NCBI GenBank assembly: GCA_034530615.2
Contig: JAVRCV020000031.1
Location: forward strand, 64,001 to 128,000
DNA: 64,000 nucleotides
Source of the DNA: Aulosira sp. ZfuVER01
Lineage (GTDB): Bacteria > Cyanobacteriota > Cyanobacteriia > Cyanobacteriales > Nostocaceae
Direction: 5' to 3'
The notes below the pieces were generated by a model. That model searched no databases, was not told where the DNA came from, and saw only the letters and a list, made by a program, of their open reading frames with translations. This document shows positions 34,356 to 44,924 of this stretch, piece by piece. The stretch's first letter is position 1; each line of letters starts with the position of its first letter. Made by a program: the position numbers and the translations under genes.

Positions 34356-35987
34356 TTATAGCTCACAAGTTTGCAGGCGATAGTAAAAATTGTACCAACA
34401 ACCCCAATTGTTTATCTCTGTTTTCTCAAAGAGTTTTGTAAAAGCAAATGGAAGATGTCCTATAGGCGCATCAAGTCCGTAAATTATTTCCTCTTGGTTT
34501 TTCCAATTACCGTTCAAAATCCAGCCAACACGCTCAACAAAATTTTTGCAGTTCAAATTCACATCTTCTTTGTTTTGGCTAATTGTTTGCCAAATACAAG
34601 TTTGGATACTTAACCCAAAGTGTGTATTACTGTAATTTAACCAAAGCTTATCAATGATGCGAAGATCATCACAAGGAAAATTATTAATATATTCACTAGA
34701 CAAAAATAGCTCGTTTGGTATTGTATGTTCAACAGGTAAATTTTTTCTGTATTGAGTTGCCAGACTTAGCATAATTTTACTAGTTTCTTCATCGGCATCT
34801 TTCCAGTTTTTTTCTGACAGAAGATAACGTAGCTTAGAGTAATAAATGCCCGACTTAGTGGTAAGATTATGAGTTTCTTCTTCATCTATTGTCCAATTTT
34901 CGGCTGTGATGATTAATTTTTCTGCTTCGTTACATTGCTCATCTATTTCTGTATATTTATGCTCAGGCAAATGTTGCGAATTTTCCTGATATGCTTGTTT
35001 TTGCTGTAAATAAATATCCTGAATTGTATCCATATAAGGTCTAAGTAAATCTGATGACCATCTAGCCAATGCAAACTCTGATTCTAAATGAAATAGTTGT
35101 GGTTCATAGGTATGATTGAGATGTAGGTAATACCAATCTGAAATAAACGCTGCTAGCAGTTGGTGAATTGTCACAATGATTTGCCGAATAGTACGAATAG
35201 CGCGAATCTCATCATTATCGGCTGCTTGTAAAGATTCCTTGACTTCTTCCCAGTTCCAAGCGGGTAGAGAAATTCTGACAATATTACTATTTTGCGGATG
35301 CCAAAAATTTACATGAAAATAAACTTCATAATCAGTGATTTTGCTATGCAGTACTACTGTGGGAATAGGAGATAAAATTTGCTGTATCTGGAGAATATCC
35401 GCATGACTAATTGAACGGATAAAATAATCGCCATACAATTCGACTGGGCATAAGTCACTATTAAGAGGATAGTCTTTATTTAAAAAAGCTTTTAACTTCT
35501 CTGGCAATTCTATTTGTAGGTCATGCTGCAAAGAAGAAGGGCAATTTGGGCTAACATTTGGAGGAGAAACTAATACTAATAAACGATATCTTTTTTGACC
35601 TTCTGTTACAATATTATAAGTTTCTTCTCGATTAACAATCGTTGCGAGGTTATTCTTTTCCAGCAGTTTGCGGATATCTTTTAACTTGTGCTGAATTTGA
35701 TTAGCTTGCCATTCAAGCAATAGCTCTATAAGTTGTTTGCTAAATTGCGATCGCAATTGCATAGGTAACTCATTAAGATTCTTGTCAGCCGTTTCTTGAT
35801 ATTTTATGAATGCTTCTATATAGCGGGTGTCATCCTTAACCGTAGATGGCAAAAAAGCAGAATTACTGTAATTACTAGCTATTTCTCCTAATTTTCGTGC
35901 AATGCTAGCAGCAGTAGTTTTCAGCAAGTTAGAAAGAAGATTATCAATTAGGGCGGGTAAAGGTATAACTTTTGCAGAGTTCGCCAT
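34356..35987 (-). CDS. Multidomain protein: uncharacterised N-terminal domain plus C-terminal GUN4 domain
   Basis: YSKLRYLLSEKNWKDADEET, FPCDDLRIIDKLWLNYSNTHFGLSIQ..IW, APIGHLP. Confidence 0.85.
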   Translation of the reverse strand: MANSAKVIPLPALIDNLLSNLLKTTAASIARKLGEIASNYSNSAFLPSTVKDDTRYIEAFIKYQETADKNLNELPMQLRSQFSKQLIELLLEWQANQIQHKLKDIRKLLEKNNLATIVNREETYNIVTEGQKRYRLLVLVSPPNVSPNCPSSLQHDLQIELPEKLKAFLNKDYPLNSDLCPVELYGDYFIRSISHADILQIQQILSPIPTVVLHSKITDYEVYFHVNFWHPQNSNIVRISLPAWNWEEVKESLQAADNDEIRAIRTIRQIIVTIHQLLAAFISDWYYLHLNHTYEPQLFHLESEFALARWSSDLLRPYMDTIQDIYLQQKQAYQENSQHLPEHKYTEIDEQCNEAEKLIITAENWTIDEEETHNLTTKSGIYYSKLRYLLSEKNWKDADEETSKIMLSLATQYRKNLPVEHTIPNELFLSSEYINNFPCDDLRIIDKLWLNYSNTHFGLSIQTCIWQTISQNKEDVNLNCKNFVERVGWILNGNWKNQEEIIYGLDAPIGHLPFAFTKLFEKTEINNWGCWYNFYYRLQTCEL

Positions 35988-36396
35988 AACAGAGCAGATT
36001 ATATTTAATTTCAGAATCCACTCTGTTGTAGCCTGCTATCCGTAAATGTGTCACTAATTCTTTTTTGAAAGTATCACCAAAGATTGAAAAACCTTAATTT
36101 TTCAAAATACAATCTTTTAATTATTAAAGGTAAAAAAATATTTATAAAGATATGTATTATTTATCGAAACTGAATCATGTAAAGATGGATAATCTAATAT
36201 TTTGGAATTCTAGGGACTTGAAGAAGTAGTGGGACAAGGGAGATGAGGGAGTGTGGGAAGGGTGGGGAGAAATAAGTAATAATCAATGCCCCATGCCCAA
36301 TAACCTGACGTGCGATCGCTAAATATTCAATCCTTGAGAGTCTCGGCTAGTTTTGGAGCATCTATAATTAATCTTGCCCTATGAGCGTTCGTTACC

Positions 36397-37926
36397 ATGT
36401 CGGAAGAAGATATCCGTGCCGCGAGGCTGGAAAAAGTAGAGCAGCTAAAACAGCTAGGGATGAATCCCTATGCCTATCGTTGGGAATCCACCCACCACGC
36501 AGCACAATTGCAAGAAAAATTTGCTGATTTACCCAGCGGTGAAGAAGTTGATTTAGAAGTCACCATTGCCGGACGCATTCTAGCCCGTCGTGTCTTTGGT
36601 AAATTAGCTTTCTTCACTTTGCAAGATGAAACAGGCACGATTCAGCTTTATCTAGAGAAAAATCGCATTCAAGAAGGCATGGCAGATATTGATGCTGATG
36701 CTTTCAATCACTTAAAGCAACTCTCAGATGCAGGTGACATTCTGGGAGTTAAAGGCACTATAAAACGGACTGAAAAGGGCGAGTTATCTGTCTACGTTAA
36801 ACAATACAGCATTCTCACCAAATCTCTGTTACCTCTACCCGACAAGTGGCACGGGTTGACGGATGTAGCCAAGCGCTACCGTCAGCGTTACGTTGATTTA
36901 ATTGTCAACCCGGAAGTGCGGCAAACTTTCCGCCGTCGCGCCCAAATTACTGCGGGGATTCGTCGCTATTTAGAACAGCGAGATTTTCTAGAAATTGAAA
37001 CACCTGTTCTGCAAAGTGAAGCTGGGGGTGCAGAGGCGCGTCCGTTTATCACCTACCACAACACCTTAGATATGGAGTTATATCTGCGAATTGCGACAGA
37101 ACTTCATCTCAAGCGGTTGATTGTGGGCGGTTTTGAGAAGGTATTTGAATTAGGGCGGATTTTCCGTAATGAAGGAGTTTCGACTCGACATAACCCCGAA
37201 TTTACGACGATAGAAATTTACCAAGCCTACGCCGATTACAACGATATGATGGCGCTGACAGAGGGAATTATTACCACTGTCGCCCAAGAGGTACTCGGCA
37301 CATTGCAAATTACCTACCAAGGGGAAGCTGTTGATTTCACACCACCTTGGCGGCGGGTAACGATGCACGATTTAGTTCAAGAATATACAGGCTTAGATTT
37401 CAACTCGTTCCAAACATTAGAGGAAGCGAAAACAGCAAGTAAGAATGCTGGGATTCCTGATGTAGATGAAGCTCAATCGATTGGGAAGTTACTGAATTTA
37501 GCTTTTGAAGAAAAGGTAGAAACGAAATTAATTCAGCCTACCTTTGTGATTGACTATCCTGTAGAAATTTCGCCACTGGCTAAACCCCACCGTTCTAAAT
37601 CTGGTTTGGTGGAGCGTTTTGAGCTATTTATAGTGGGGCGAGAGACTGCTAATAGTTTCTCAGAACTTACCGATCCGATAGATCAAAGAGAACGTTTAGA
37701 AGCACAAGCTGCACTCAAAGCCGCAGGTGACTTGGAAGCCCAAGGTGTTGACGAAGACTTTCTCACGGCGTTGGAATACGGAATGCCGCCTACAGGTGGG
37801 TTAGGGATTGGAATTGATAGATTGGTGATGGTATTAACAGATTCTGCTAGTATTCGGGATGCGATCGCATTTCCTCTACTCAAACCAGAAAAATCTGACT
37901 CATCACCAGAAGCAGCAACTTCATAA
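36397..37926 (+). CDS. lysS: Lysine--tRNA ligase (class II)
   Basis: [43 protein letters not shown]. Confidence 0.98.
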   Translation: MSEEDIRAARLEKVEQLKQLGMNPYAYRWESTHHAAQLQEKFADLPSGEEVDLEVTIAGRILARRVFGKLAFFTLQDETGTIQLYLEKNRIQEGMADIDADAFNHLKQLSDAGDILGVKGTIKRTEKGELSVYVKQYSILTKSLLPLPDKWHGLTDVAKRYRQRYVDLIVNPEVRQTFRRRAQITAGIRRYLEQRDFLEIETPVLQSEAGGAEARPFITYHNTLDMELYLRIATELHLKRLIVGGFEKVFELGRIFRNEGVSTRHNPEFTTIEIYQAYADYNDMMALTEGIITTVAQEVLGTLQITYQGEAVDFTPPWRRVTMHDLVQEYTGLDFNSFQTLEEAKTASKNAGIPDVDEAQSIGKLLNLAFEEKVETKLIQPTFVIDYPVEISPLAKPHRSKSGLVERFELFIVGRETANSFSELTDPIDQRERLEAQAALKAAGDLEAQGVDEDFLTALEYGMPPTGGLGIGIDRLVMVLTDSASIRDAIAFPLLKPEKSDSSPEAATS

Positions 37927-37932
37927 AACAAT

Positions 37933-37964
37933 AGGGTGCGTTATGACTTTACCTAACGCACCCT
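37933..37964. terminator. Bidirectional hairpin/REP between convergent lysS and glgA
   Basis: AGGGTGCGTTA...TAACGCACCCT perfect 11-bp stem; related copy at 61634-61665. Confidence 0.7.
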
Positions 37965-37982
37965 GTTTCAAGAGTTTTTTAT

Positions 37983-39416
37983 TTACGTAGTTACTGCCTC
38001 GTTTAACACTAACTCTGGTTGTGGTGTTTCTTCCTCTTCTTCTGGCAAGCCGAAAATTGATCTGTATAGCTTCACGTACTGCTTGGCAGATTGGTACCAA
38101 CTGAAATCTTCACTCATGCCACGTTTTTGTAATTCACTCCATTGCGGTTGGAAACGGAAGCCTTCCCAAGCGCGGATCATGCAGGTGAAAAGATCCAGTG
38201 GTTCATAGCGGTCAAAACAATAACCAGTACCTGCGGCGTTTATGGGATCGTGATGCGTTACAGTGTCAACTAATCCGCCTGTACGCCGGACAATGGGCAC
38301 AGAACCATAACGCAAAGCCATCATTTGACTGATCCCGCAGGGTTCAAAACGACTCGGCATTAAGAAGGCATCAGTTCCGGCGTAGATACGACGAGACAAA
38401 GCATCGTTATACAGTAAATAAGTTGCCATGCGTCCGGGATAGCGGGATGCCAACTGCCACATTTGGGTTTCGTAGTAGCGATCGCCTGTGCCTAACAGTA
38501 TAAATTGGGCATCAGTATATGCCAGGAAGCGATCGAGGATTTGGATGACTAAATCCAAGCCTTTTTGCTCGACTAACCGTGTCACCATGCCAATTAAAAA
38601 GGCCTTGGAATTAACTTCTAACCCTACTTCTTCTTGTAAAGCAATTTTGTTGGCTTTACGTTTATCTAGGGTATCGCTAGTAAAGCTTTGAGCTATAAAT
38701 TTGTCGTTTTCTGGGTTATAAACTTCGGTATCTATGCCGTTAATAATCCCAGATAACTTACCGCTGATAAAAGATAGCAAACCTTCTATGGTTTCACCGT
38801 AAGCAGGTGTTTTAATTTGCTCGGCGTATGTAGGAGAAACTGTATTTACCCTGTCCGCAAATTGCACCGCTGCTGCCATAGTATTGTGTCCTTGCATATA
38901 CCAAGGACACCAGGTAATTTTCTCCAAATACCAACGCCAAGGCCCTTGATAAGCCAAGTTATGAATGGTGAATACGCTGGTAATATCTGGATCTTGGTGC
39001 ATCCACACAGGAATCATTCCTGTATGCCAGTCATGACAATGGACAATTTCTGGCTTCCAGTAATTCCAGCAAAACTCAGCTGCACCATTGGCAAATAAGG
39101 TGAACCGCCAATCTTCATCCTCTCCTGAATAAATCCGGCGAGGTGTGAAGGCAGGATGTCCAAATAAATACAAGGGAACATCAGTACCAGGGAGAACGCC
39201 TTCGTAAACAGCAAAGTCTTGAAACATGGCATATCCCCGCCAGATGGGTTCTTTGGGAATTTCCATTTTGTCTGGGAGAAAGCCATAGTAGGGCAAGAAT
39301 ATCCGCACATCATGCCCCATTTTTCTCAAGATTTTCGGCAATGCTCCCACAACATCACCCATTCCTCCGACTTTTGCAACGGGAGCTGCCTCTGCTGCTA
39401 CAAATAGAATCCGCAT
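37983..39416 (-). CDS. glgA: Glycogen synthase
   Basis: [42 protein letters not shown]. Confidence 0.98.
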   Translation of the reverse strand: MRILFVAAEAAPVAKVGGMGDVVGALPKILRKMGHDVRIFLPYYGFLPDKMEIPKEPIWRGYAMFQDFAVYEGVLPGTDVPLYLFGHPAFTPRRIYSGEDEDWRFTLFANGAAEFCWNYWKPEIVHCHDWHTGMIPVWMHQDPDITSVFTIHNLAYQGPWRWYLEKITWCPWYMQGHNTMAAAVQFADRVNTVSPTYAEQIKTPAYGETIEGLLSFISGKLSGIINGIDTEVYNPENDKFIAQSFTSDTLDKRKANKIALQEEVGLEVNSKAFLIGMVTRLVEQKGLDLVIQILDRFLAYTDAQFILLGTGDRYYETQMWQLASRYPGRMATYLLYNDALSRRIYAGTDAFLMPSRFEPCGISQMMALRYGSVPIVRRTGGLVDTVTHHDPINAAGTGYCFDRYEPLDLFTCMIRAWEGFRFQPQWSELQKRGMSEDFSWYQSAKQYVKLYRSIFGLPEEEEETPQPELVLNEAVTT

Positions 39417-39493
39417 GGTAATTTTTATTTCCCCGGTTCTGCTGATTTTCTAAGCTTCATTTCTGATCTAATCACATAAGGTGACTAAAACAG

Positions 39494-39650
39494 TGATGGG
39501 CATGGGGAATGGGGCATGGGGCAAACAACGAGTGTGGGAGGTGTGGGAAGATGGGGAAGAACTAAGTATAGTTGCTTTCTCCCCGCACTCCCCACACTCC
39601 CCTCTCTCTCCACACTTCCTTGTCCCCCTGCTCCTCTGCTCCCCTGCCTA
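39494..39650. repeat. STRR/purine-pyrimidine low-complexity intergenic repeats
   Basis: ATGGGGC heptamers; GTGTGGGA / TCCCCACAC inverted tracts. Confidence 0.65.
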
Positions 39651-39651
39651 A

Positions 39652-40623
39652 CTAAGAACCCCGTTGAATTTCGGTGAAGATGACATCTAAAATCTCTTGC
39701 GCTCCCTGTTGACGCAGGAGATTTGCTAGTTGATTGCCTAGCTGTTCGGCGTTCTTGGCTTCTCCAGTGACAGTATCTTTAACCAAGTTTTGACCGTCTA
39801 CACTGGCGACTATTCCCGTTAATGTTAAAGTATCACCATTAATTTCAGTGTTAACACCGATGGGTACTTGACAGCCACCTTCGAGATCGCGTAAGAAAGC
39901 GCGTTCAGCTAAACAGCGATCGCGTGTTTCGGGATGTTCGATAGCTTTGAGTAGGGATATCAATTCGGTATCGTCAGCACGGCATTCTATACCCAATGCA
40001 CCTTGACCAACGGCATGGAGAGAAACTTCTTTTGGTAGAATTTGATGGACGCGATCGCTCATTCCCAATCGCTCTAACCCTGCTACTGCCAAAATCAACG
40101 CATCATACTCGCCCGCATCTAATTTAGCCATGCGTGTATTCAAATTTCCCCGCACATCTTTAAAGGTAAAATGAGGGAAACGATGGCGTAACTGTGCCAA
40201 ACGCCGCAGAGAAGATGTACCAATTACCGCACCTGCTGGTAAGGTATCAATTTGTTGACCTTTATACTTTTCGTGCAATACCAAAGCATCTGCTGGGTTT
40301 TCCCGTTCTGTAATTGCAGCCAGTGTTAACCCTTCTGGTAAGTTAGTTGGCAGATCCTTTAGGGAATGAACCGCAAAGTCAATCTCCTGATTCAGCATCC
40401 CAACTTCTAATTCTTTGGTAAATAATCCTTTATCACCAATCTTGGCTAATGCTACATCCAGGATTTTGTCGCCTTGGGTAGACATGGTATGGACTTCAAA
40501 AGCAATCTCAGGATAGCTTTTTTGGAGTTGCTCTTGTACCCAGTAGGTTTGAACTAGAGCAAGTTGGCTTTTACGAGAACCAATGCGAATTGTGCGTGCA
40601 GGACTGGAAACAGCTGAAGTCAT
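39652..40623 (-). CDS. hemC: Hydroxymethylbilane synthase
   Basis: [42 protein letters not shown]. Confidence 0.98.
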   Translation of the reverse strand: MTSAVSSPARTIRIGSRKSQLALVQTYWVQEQLQKSYPEIAFEVHTMSTQGDKILDVALAKIGDKGLFTKELEVGMLNQEIDFAVHSLKDLPTNLPEGLTLAAITERENPADALVLHEKYKGQQIDTLPAGAVIGTSSLRRLAQLRHRFPHFTFKDVRGNLNTRMAKLDAGEYDALILAVAGLERLGMSDRVHQILPKEVSLHAVGQGALGIECRADDTELISLLKAIEHPETRDRCLAERAFLRDLEGGCQVPIGVNTEINGDTLTLTGIVASVDGQNLVKDTVTGEAKNAEQLGNQLANLLRQQGAQEILDVIFTEIQRGS

Positions 40624-40781
40624 AAAACAATATGTCAAACAAGGCGATAAATTCACTCTCATCTAGACTACCGCAGTGAGTGACTTACCGGATGCTAATT
40701 GCTCAATTTCGGTTAAGTTTGTTTTCGATTTTCTTTACATTTATTTACACAATTTTGAATATATACAGTAACGAGTAGCAA

Positions 40782-41210
40782 TCATAATTCATGAGTGTGA
40801 TTGAGGTATTGCTGTAATTGTTGGGTACGCTGTTGTGTAGTCCTGGCTAAACAACCAAAATAAGTTAGAGGAGCTATACTTCCCCCTTCATTTTCACTTC
40901 TTTCAAATTCACAATTGGTATCGCGAAACTTAATCCATGCTTGCTGTGCAGTAATTAGTTTCGGTTTTCTATAAGCAGGTAAAGCTGGCAGGAGTTGTTG
41001 ATAAACTTGATTCAATTTTTTATCAGCATTCTGATAGGATAACTGGGCGCACTGATTAATTTCGGCTTGATTTTGAGCGTTATTACAGTTGAGCTTTTGA
41101 GCTAAATGTAGCTTTGGGGTTTCCGGTGTTGTGCTTGCCATTGTTACAGCAGAAATAGACAAACTGCTGAGGACAAGAATACTGGAAAAATTTAGTAAAA
41201 AACGATTCAT
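40782..41210 (-). CDS. Lysozyme inhibitor LprI (DUF1311) family protein
   Basis: Signal peptide; C..AQNQAEINQC, ADKKLNQVY, AQQAWIKFRD..C, GGS. Confidence 0.88.
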   Translation of the reverse strand: MNRFLLNFSSILVLSSLSISAVTMASTTPETPKLHLAQKLNCNNAQNQAEINQCAQLSYQNADKKLNQVYQQLLPALPAYRKPKLITAQQAWIKFRDTNCEFERSENEGGSIAPLTYFGCLARTTQQRTQQLQQYLNHTHEL

Positions 41211-41306
41211 AATATTTTAGAAGTTAAGTATATCCATCAAAATAGCAGAAAATGGCATTGTTAGTCGATGCGATCGCATCAACTGACATGCGATCGCATA
41301 ATTAAT

Positions 41307-41516
41307 TTACGTCAAATCATCTTCTGTGAGATCGGCGATTTTCATTAATGCTCTTAAAGTCCCGATTTTCAAGTCCTGATTTCGATGAACCGGAATAGAA
41401 AGTATTTTAGTAGAATCAGAATTTTGGTATATGTGATGACTACCTGTAATTCTCTGTAAAACCCAACCGCGCTGTTCGACAATTTTACATAGGTTTTTAC
41501 CAGAGATTGATTTCAT
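41307..41516 (-). CDS. hicA: HicA family toxin
   Basis: GW...RITGSHHIY, IPVH..DLKIGTLR; 4-bp ATGA overlap with hicB. Confidence 0.92.
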   Translation of the reverse strand: MKSISGKNLCKIVEQRGWVLQRITGSHHIYQNSDSTKILSIPVHRNQDLKIGTLRALMKIADLTEDDLT

Positions 41517-41716
41517 ACCGCAATCTCGACAATCTGAGCATTCGATTCTAGTTTGTGACTACTATTTGCAACTTCTAACCAGCCTTCTATTGCATCTTTT
41601 AAATTACTTAATACCTCCTCCATTGTCTCACCTTCAGTAATACAACCGGGGAGTGCTGGAACTTCAGCCCAATAGCCACCTTCTTCTGCTGGATGAATAA
41701 TTGCTTTTATTTTCAT
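41513..41716 (-). CDS. hicB: HicB family antitoxin (short, no DNA-binding domain)
   Basis: EEGGYWAEVPALPGCITEGET.EE...NLKDAI. Confidence 0.92.
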   Translation of the reverse strand: MKIKAIIHPAEEGGYWAEVPALPGCITEGETMEEVLSNLKDAIEGWLEVANSSHKLESNAQIVEIAV

Positions 41717-41798
41717 CTGCTTTGGTTTTCTTTACTTATACTCAATTATCCGGTTTTTCTGACTCTCGGACAAAGGAAAACTAAATCATGAGCCATTG

Positions 41799-42007
41799 TT
41801 TGTGATCGCAATCTAACTCGATACAGTCGCAATGTTACTCGATGCGATCGCAATATCACTCGATACAGTCGCAATGTCAGTCGATGTGATCGCATTATCG
41901 CTCGATACATTGGCATTGTTAGTGATGCGATCGCTTTGTCACTCAATAGAATCGCAATCTGAGTCGATCTGATGGCATTGTCACCCGATATAATCGCTTT
42001 TACACTT
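41799..42007. repeat. Degenerate 21-bp tandem repeat array (about 10 units) with HIP1-like core
   Basis: Units such as GATACAGTCGCAATGTTACTC and GATGCGATCGCAATATCACTC; related units at 41251-41299. Confidence 0.85.
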
Positions 42008-42011
42008 TACA

Positions 42012-42271
42012 ATGTCTCGTCCCCCACGTAACCTGCAACCAGGCTTTTGTTATCACATCACTACCTGTTGCAACAATTGGGAATTTCGGCTGACGCGGTT
42101 AGAATGCCGTGAAGTTTTCCTGTACGCCATTAAACAAGCACAACAAAAGTATGAGTTTACACCTATGCGTTGTGCATAATGTCGAATCACATTCACTACT
42201 TGCTGGAACCCAAGCAGCCAGAAGATTTACCCCTGCCCCCTGTGCCAGGTATTGGATTTATGAAATGCTGA
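42012..42271 (+). pseudogene. Frameshifted, truncated HUH (Y1/RAYT, IS200-like) transposase remnant
   Basis: ATG 42012 gives MSRPPRNLQPGFCYHITTCCNNWEF...AQQKYEF; after a 1-nt shift near 42160 it reads YALCIMSNHIHYLLEP (HUH motif); no C-terminal catalytic Tyr region. Confidence 0.8.
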
Positions 42272-42330
42272 TGATTATGTGGGGAAGGAGGCTGAAACAA
42301 ATATATACAAAATTCTTAAAGCCTTAAATG

Positions 42331-44913
42331 TTACACTTTACAAGTCGCAACGCGAGAAAGAAATAACAGACTCCATTTATAGAATAAATATGAATATATT
42401 TCCTGTTCGCTGAATACCAAACTTCCAGTCTGAACCTCACCACCCATAATAGGTAGGCTACCCTTATAGCTTATAAGGTTATCTTTTATACGCCTCAGCA
42501 GTTCGTCGTACCTTACAGGAGTGACCAGCAGTTTGTTGTACCTATTTTTGCCATCATACCATCCCACGGACGTGGCAAACCGAATATAATTTTCAAAATC
42601 AATCTTTGTCCCTATCACATCTATTGTCTCTATTGTATCTATCACTTCTGGTTTTTTTCCCAGCCGATTCCCGGTGCTAGTCCATATTTCCTTTTGCACA
42701 CTAAAGCCGAAACGTTTGTCTGAATTTGTGACCCAAAGCTGGTCTATTGTTTTTAAGTCTAGACAAGAAAAATTATTAATAGAGTTGATATCTAAATACT
42801 TTTCTTTTTCTCTTTTAGCAACATTAAGCATAAGTAGATATGTTTGCTTATCAGCTGCTTGCCAATTTTTAGCTTTCAAATAATATTCAAGTTGAGCATA
42901 TAAATGTTGTGTTAGATATTTCTCAACCTGTTTTCTCAATTTTGCTGCTGGGGTGTTGGTTGAGAGTAAATCAAGTAAGTTTCGATGAACAGCTTCAATA
43001 TCTTTGGCTGTGAGTAATTGGTTAGTTTTTGTAAATGGACTGGTTTGCTCTGGATGATACTTAAGAATTTTAAATGCTGATTTATAAGATTCTATAGCTT
43101 GGTTTCTTTCTTTTTTGTGTAAAAATAAATCACCTTGAACCTTATTAGCCAAAACTTTAATTTGTAACCCTTCACTAGAATCAATATTATGTTTATTTGC
43201 TTCTAAAATATCTAGGCTTTCTCTAATCTCTTTTTCAGCTTGCTCCCATTGTTCAAGTTGCTGATATGCTTGAGACATGGAAGTAAATAGCATTGCTTTT
43301 TTTAATTCATGATTTTTAATTTCGTAAGATAAACCTATTTGTTCTCTAGCCTGACTTGCTGATGATTTGTCTTTTTTATAAAGTTCCTCGCTCAGTTTGG
43401 ATAATTGTGAGACATATTTAGTATTTTCTCGTATATCTTGAATATCCTTACCTGCCCAAATTATAGAAATTGTTGCTCCCAATAAAGTCAGCAATAAAAC
43501 AACCGAACCAATGCGAACACGTTGTTGAGCTTTCTGGTTCGCTTCAGCTAGTTTTTGATTAGCTTCAGCCAGCATCAAATTTCTTTTCTCTGCTGCTTCC
43601 TTATCTTTTCTTTCTCTCTCCAAAGCAGCTTCTTGTTCTTTCGCCGCAATCTCTTCTTGAATTTCTTGCTCTTTACTAGCTGCTAAAAACTGCCTATCTT
43701 GATAACTTAAACTCTTAGGCTTTGCCCAGGCTTCAGCTTCTTCTAAAGCCTTTCCTCGCAATAATCTTGATATATCTTTTCCCTCAGAAGCTACCCAAAA
43801 GCGAAAATTCTCTGAATATGGACGGAGATTTTTTAATTGATTGTCTATCCAAACTTGGTTAAAAACTTCTTGATATATAGGATTATAAACTCTTAAGTTA
43901 TTTTGCTGCCTAACAATTAATCCTGAAAGCTGTAACTCACTTTGCTCTAAAGTATCATCTGCTGTAATCTCAGATTGCTCATCTCTCAATCTAATTTTCT
44001 GATACAGTTCTAGTAAATATCCAGCCCGTTGTTCATCGCACAAAATTCGAGCTTGAATTGTTCGTAAATGCTCAGGCTCATCTTGAGATTCCCAATTTTC
44101 AATAATCCGAGACTTCACCACCTGCTCAACAGTCCGAGGATTGTCTACAAAAGATTCTTCAATCATAAACTGACACAGTTTTTGAGTCAGGAATGGTTGT
44201 CCTCCTGTCCAATATAAAATTTCCTGCATTACTAATTGAGGGTTAGAAAATCTTCCTGACATCCCCTTAGCTAACGGCTCAATTTCATACAGTTGAAAAC
44301 CAATCAACGAGATAGCTTGACCAATATTAAACGGAGTACGTTGTTTATCCTCAATCAAATTGCTAGGTGATGCGACTCCTAACAAACAAAAGGTGAGGCG
44401 ATTATATTCAGCATTATCAACCCGCTTGTTATAACAAGCACGAATTAAGGCAAAAAAGTCATCGGTGGGAAATTTTAGGCTGAGTACACTATCAATTTCA
44501 TCAATAAAAATAACGATATTTTCTTTAACTTCCGCAAGTAATATCTCTTCTAAAAATTTACGAAATCTAGTGACTAGCGAATTTAACTGATTAGCTTCCC
44601 ACCAATCACCAAAATCTACATCTAAGTCAAAAGTTTCAATTAAATTATCAATTAAATCTGCATACCATTGTTCGGGAGGGACATTTTGAATACCGCCAGC
44701 GGAAAGGTCAATTGCTGCACATTGCACACCTTCTTCTCTGAGTCTTTGCATGGTTCGCACACGCAAGCTAGACTTTCCGCTTTGTCGGGAGTTCAATACA
44801 TAACAAAACTTTCCGGCTTTTAGTCCTGCATATAAATCACTGTCAGCTTTGCGGGTGACGTAGGTGCTGGCATTTTCCGGTAGACTTCCAGAGAATTGAT
44901 AGCGATCAAGCAT
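42331..44913 (-). CDS. AAA_35 (STAND-like) NTPase - coiled coil - TM - TPR-like - GUN4 fusion protein
   Basis: YVTRKAD, Walker A NSRQSGKS, Walker B VIFIDEID, TPFNIG, TGGQPFLTQ, LLRG; TM IGSVVLLLTLLGATISIIW; GUN4 motifs NWQAADKQT, LKTIDQLW..SDKRFGFSVQKEIW. Confidence 0.88.
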   Translation of the reverse strand: MLDRYQFSGSLPENASTYVTRKADSDLYAGLKAGKFCYVLNSRQSGKSSLRVRTMQRLREEGVQCAAIDLSAGGIQNVPPEQWYADLIDNLIETFDLDVDFGDWWEANQLNSLVTRFRKFLEEILLAEVKENIVIFIDEIDSVLSLKFPTDDFFALIRACYNKRVDNAEYNRLTFCLLGVASPSNLIEDKQRTPFNIGQAISLIGFQLYEIEPLAKGMSGRFSNPQLVMQEILYWTGGQPFLTQKLCQFMIEESFVDNPRTVEQVVKSRIIENWESQDEPEHLRTIQARILCDEQRAGYLLELYQKIRLRDEQSEITADDTLEQSELQLSGLIVRQQNNLRVYNPIYQEVFNQVWIDNQLKNLRPYSENFRFWVASEGKDISRLLRGKALEEAEAWAKPKSLSYQDRQFLAASKEQEIQEEIAAKEQEAALERERKDKEAAEKRNLMLAEANQKLAEANQKAQQRVRIGSVVLLLTLLGATISIIWAGKDIQDIRENTKYVSQLSKLSEELYKKDKSSASQAREQIGLSYEIKNHELKKAMLFTSMSQAYQQLEQWEQAEKEIRESLDILEANKHNIDSSEGLQIKVLANKVQGDLFLHKKERNQAIESYKSAFKILKYHPEQTSPFTKTNQLLTAKDIEAVHRNLLDLLSTNTPAAKLRKQVEKYLTQHLYAQLEYYLKAKNWQAADKQTYLLMLNVAKREKEKYLDINSINNFSCLDLKTIDQLWVTNSDKRFGFSVQKEIWTSTGNRLGKKPEVIDTIETIDVIGTKIDFENYIRFATSVGWYDGKNRYNKLLVTPVRYDELLRRIKDNLISYKGSLPIMGGEVQTGSLVFSEQEIYSYLFYKWSLLFLSRVATCKV

Positions 44914-44924
44914 AACTTACCTCA

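Noticed and set aside
41746..41946. 66-aa Arg-rich ORF upstream of hicB
   Set aside because: It is a translation of the tandem repeat with a TTG start; no independent coding evidence
41799..42007. 21-bp array as a CRISPR array
   Set aside because: Units are contiguous with no unique spacers, are degenerate, and no cas genes are present
42109..42327. 72-aa ORF
   Set aside because: Alternative frame over the transposase remnant
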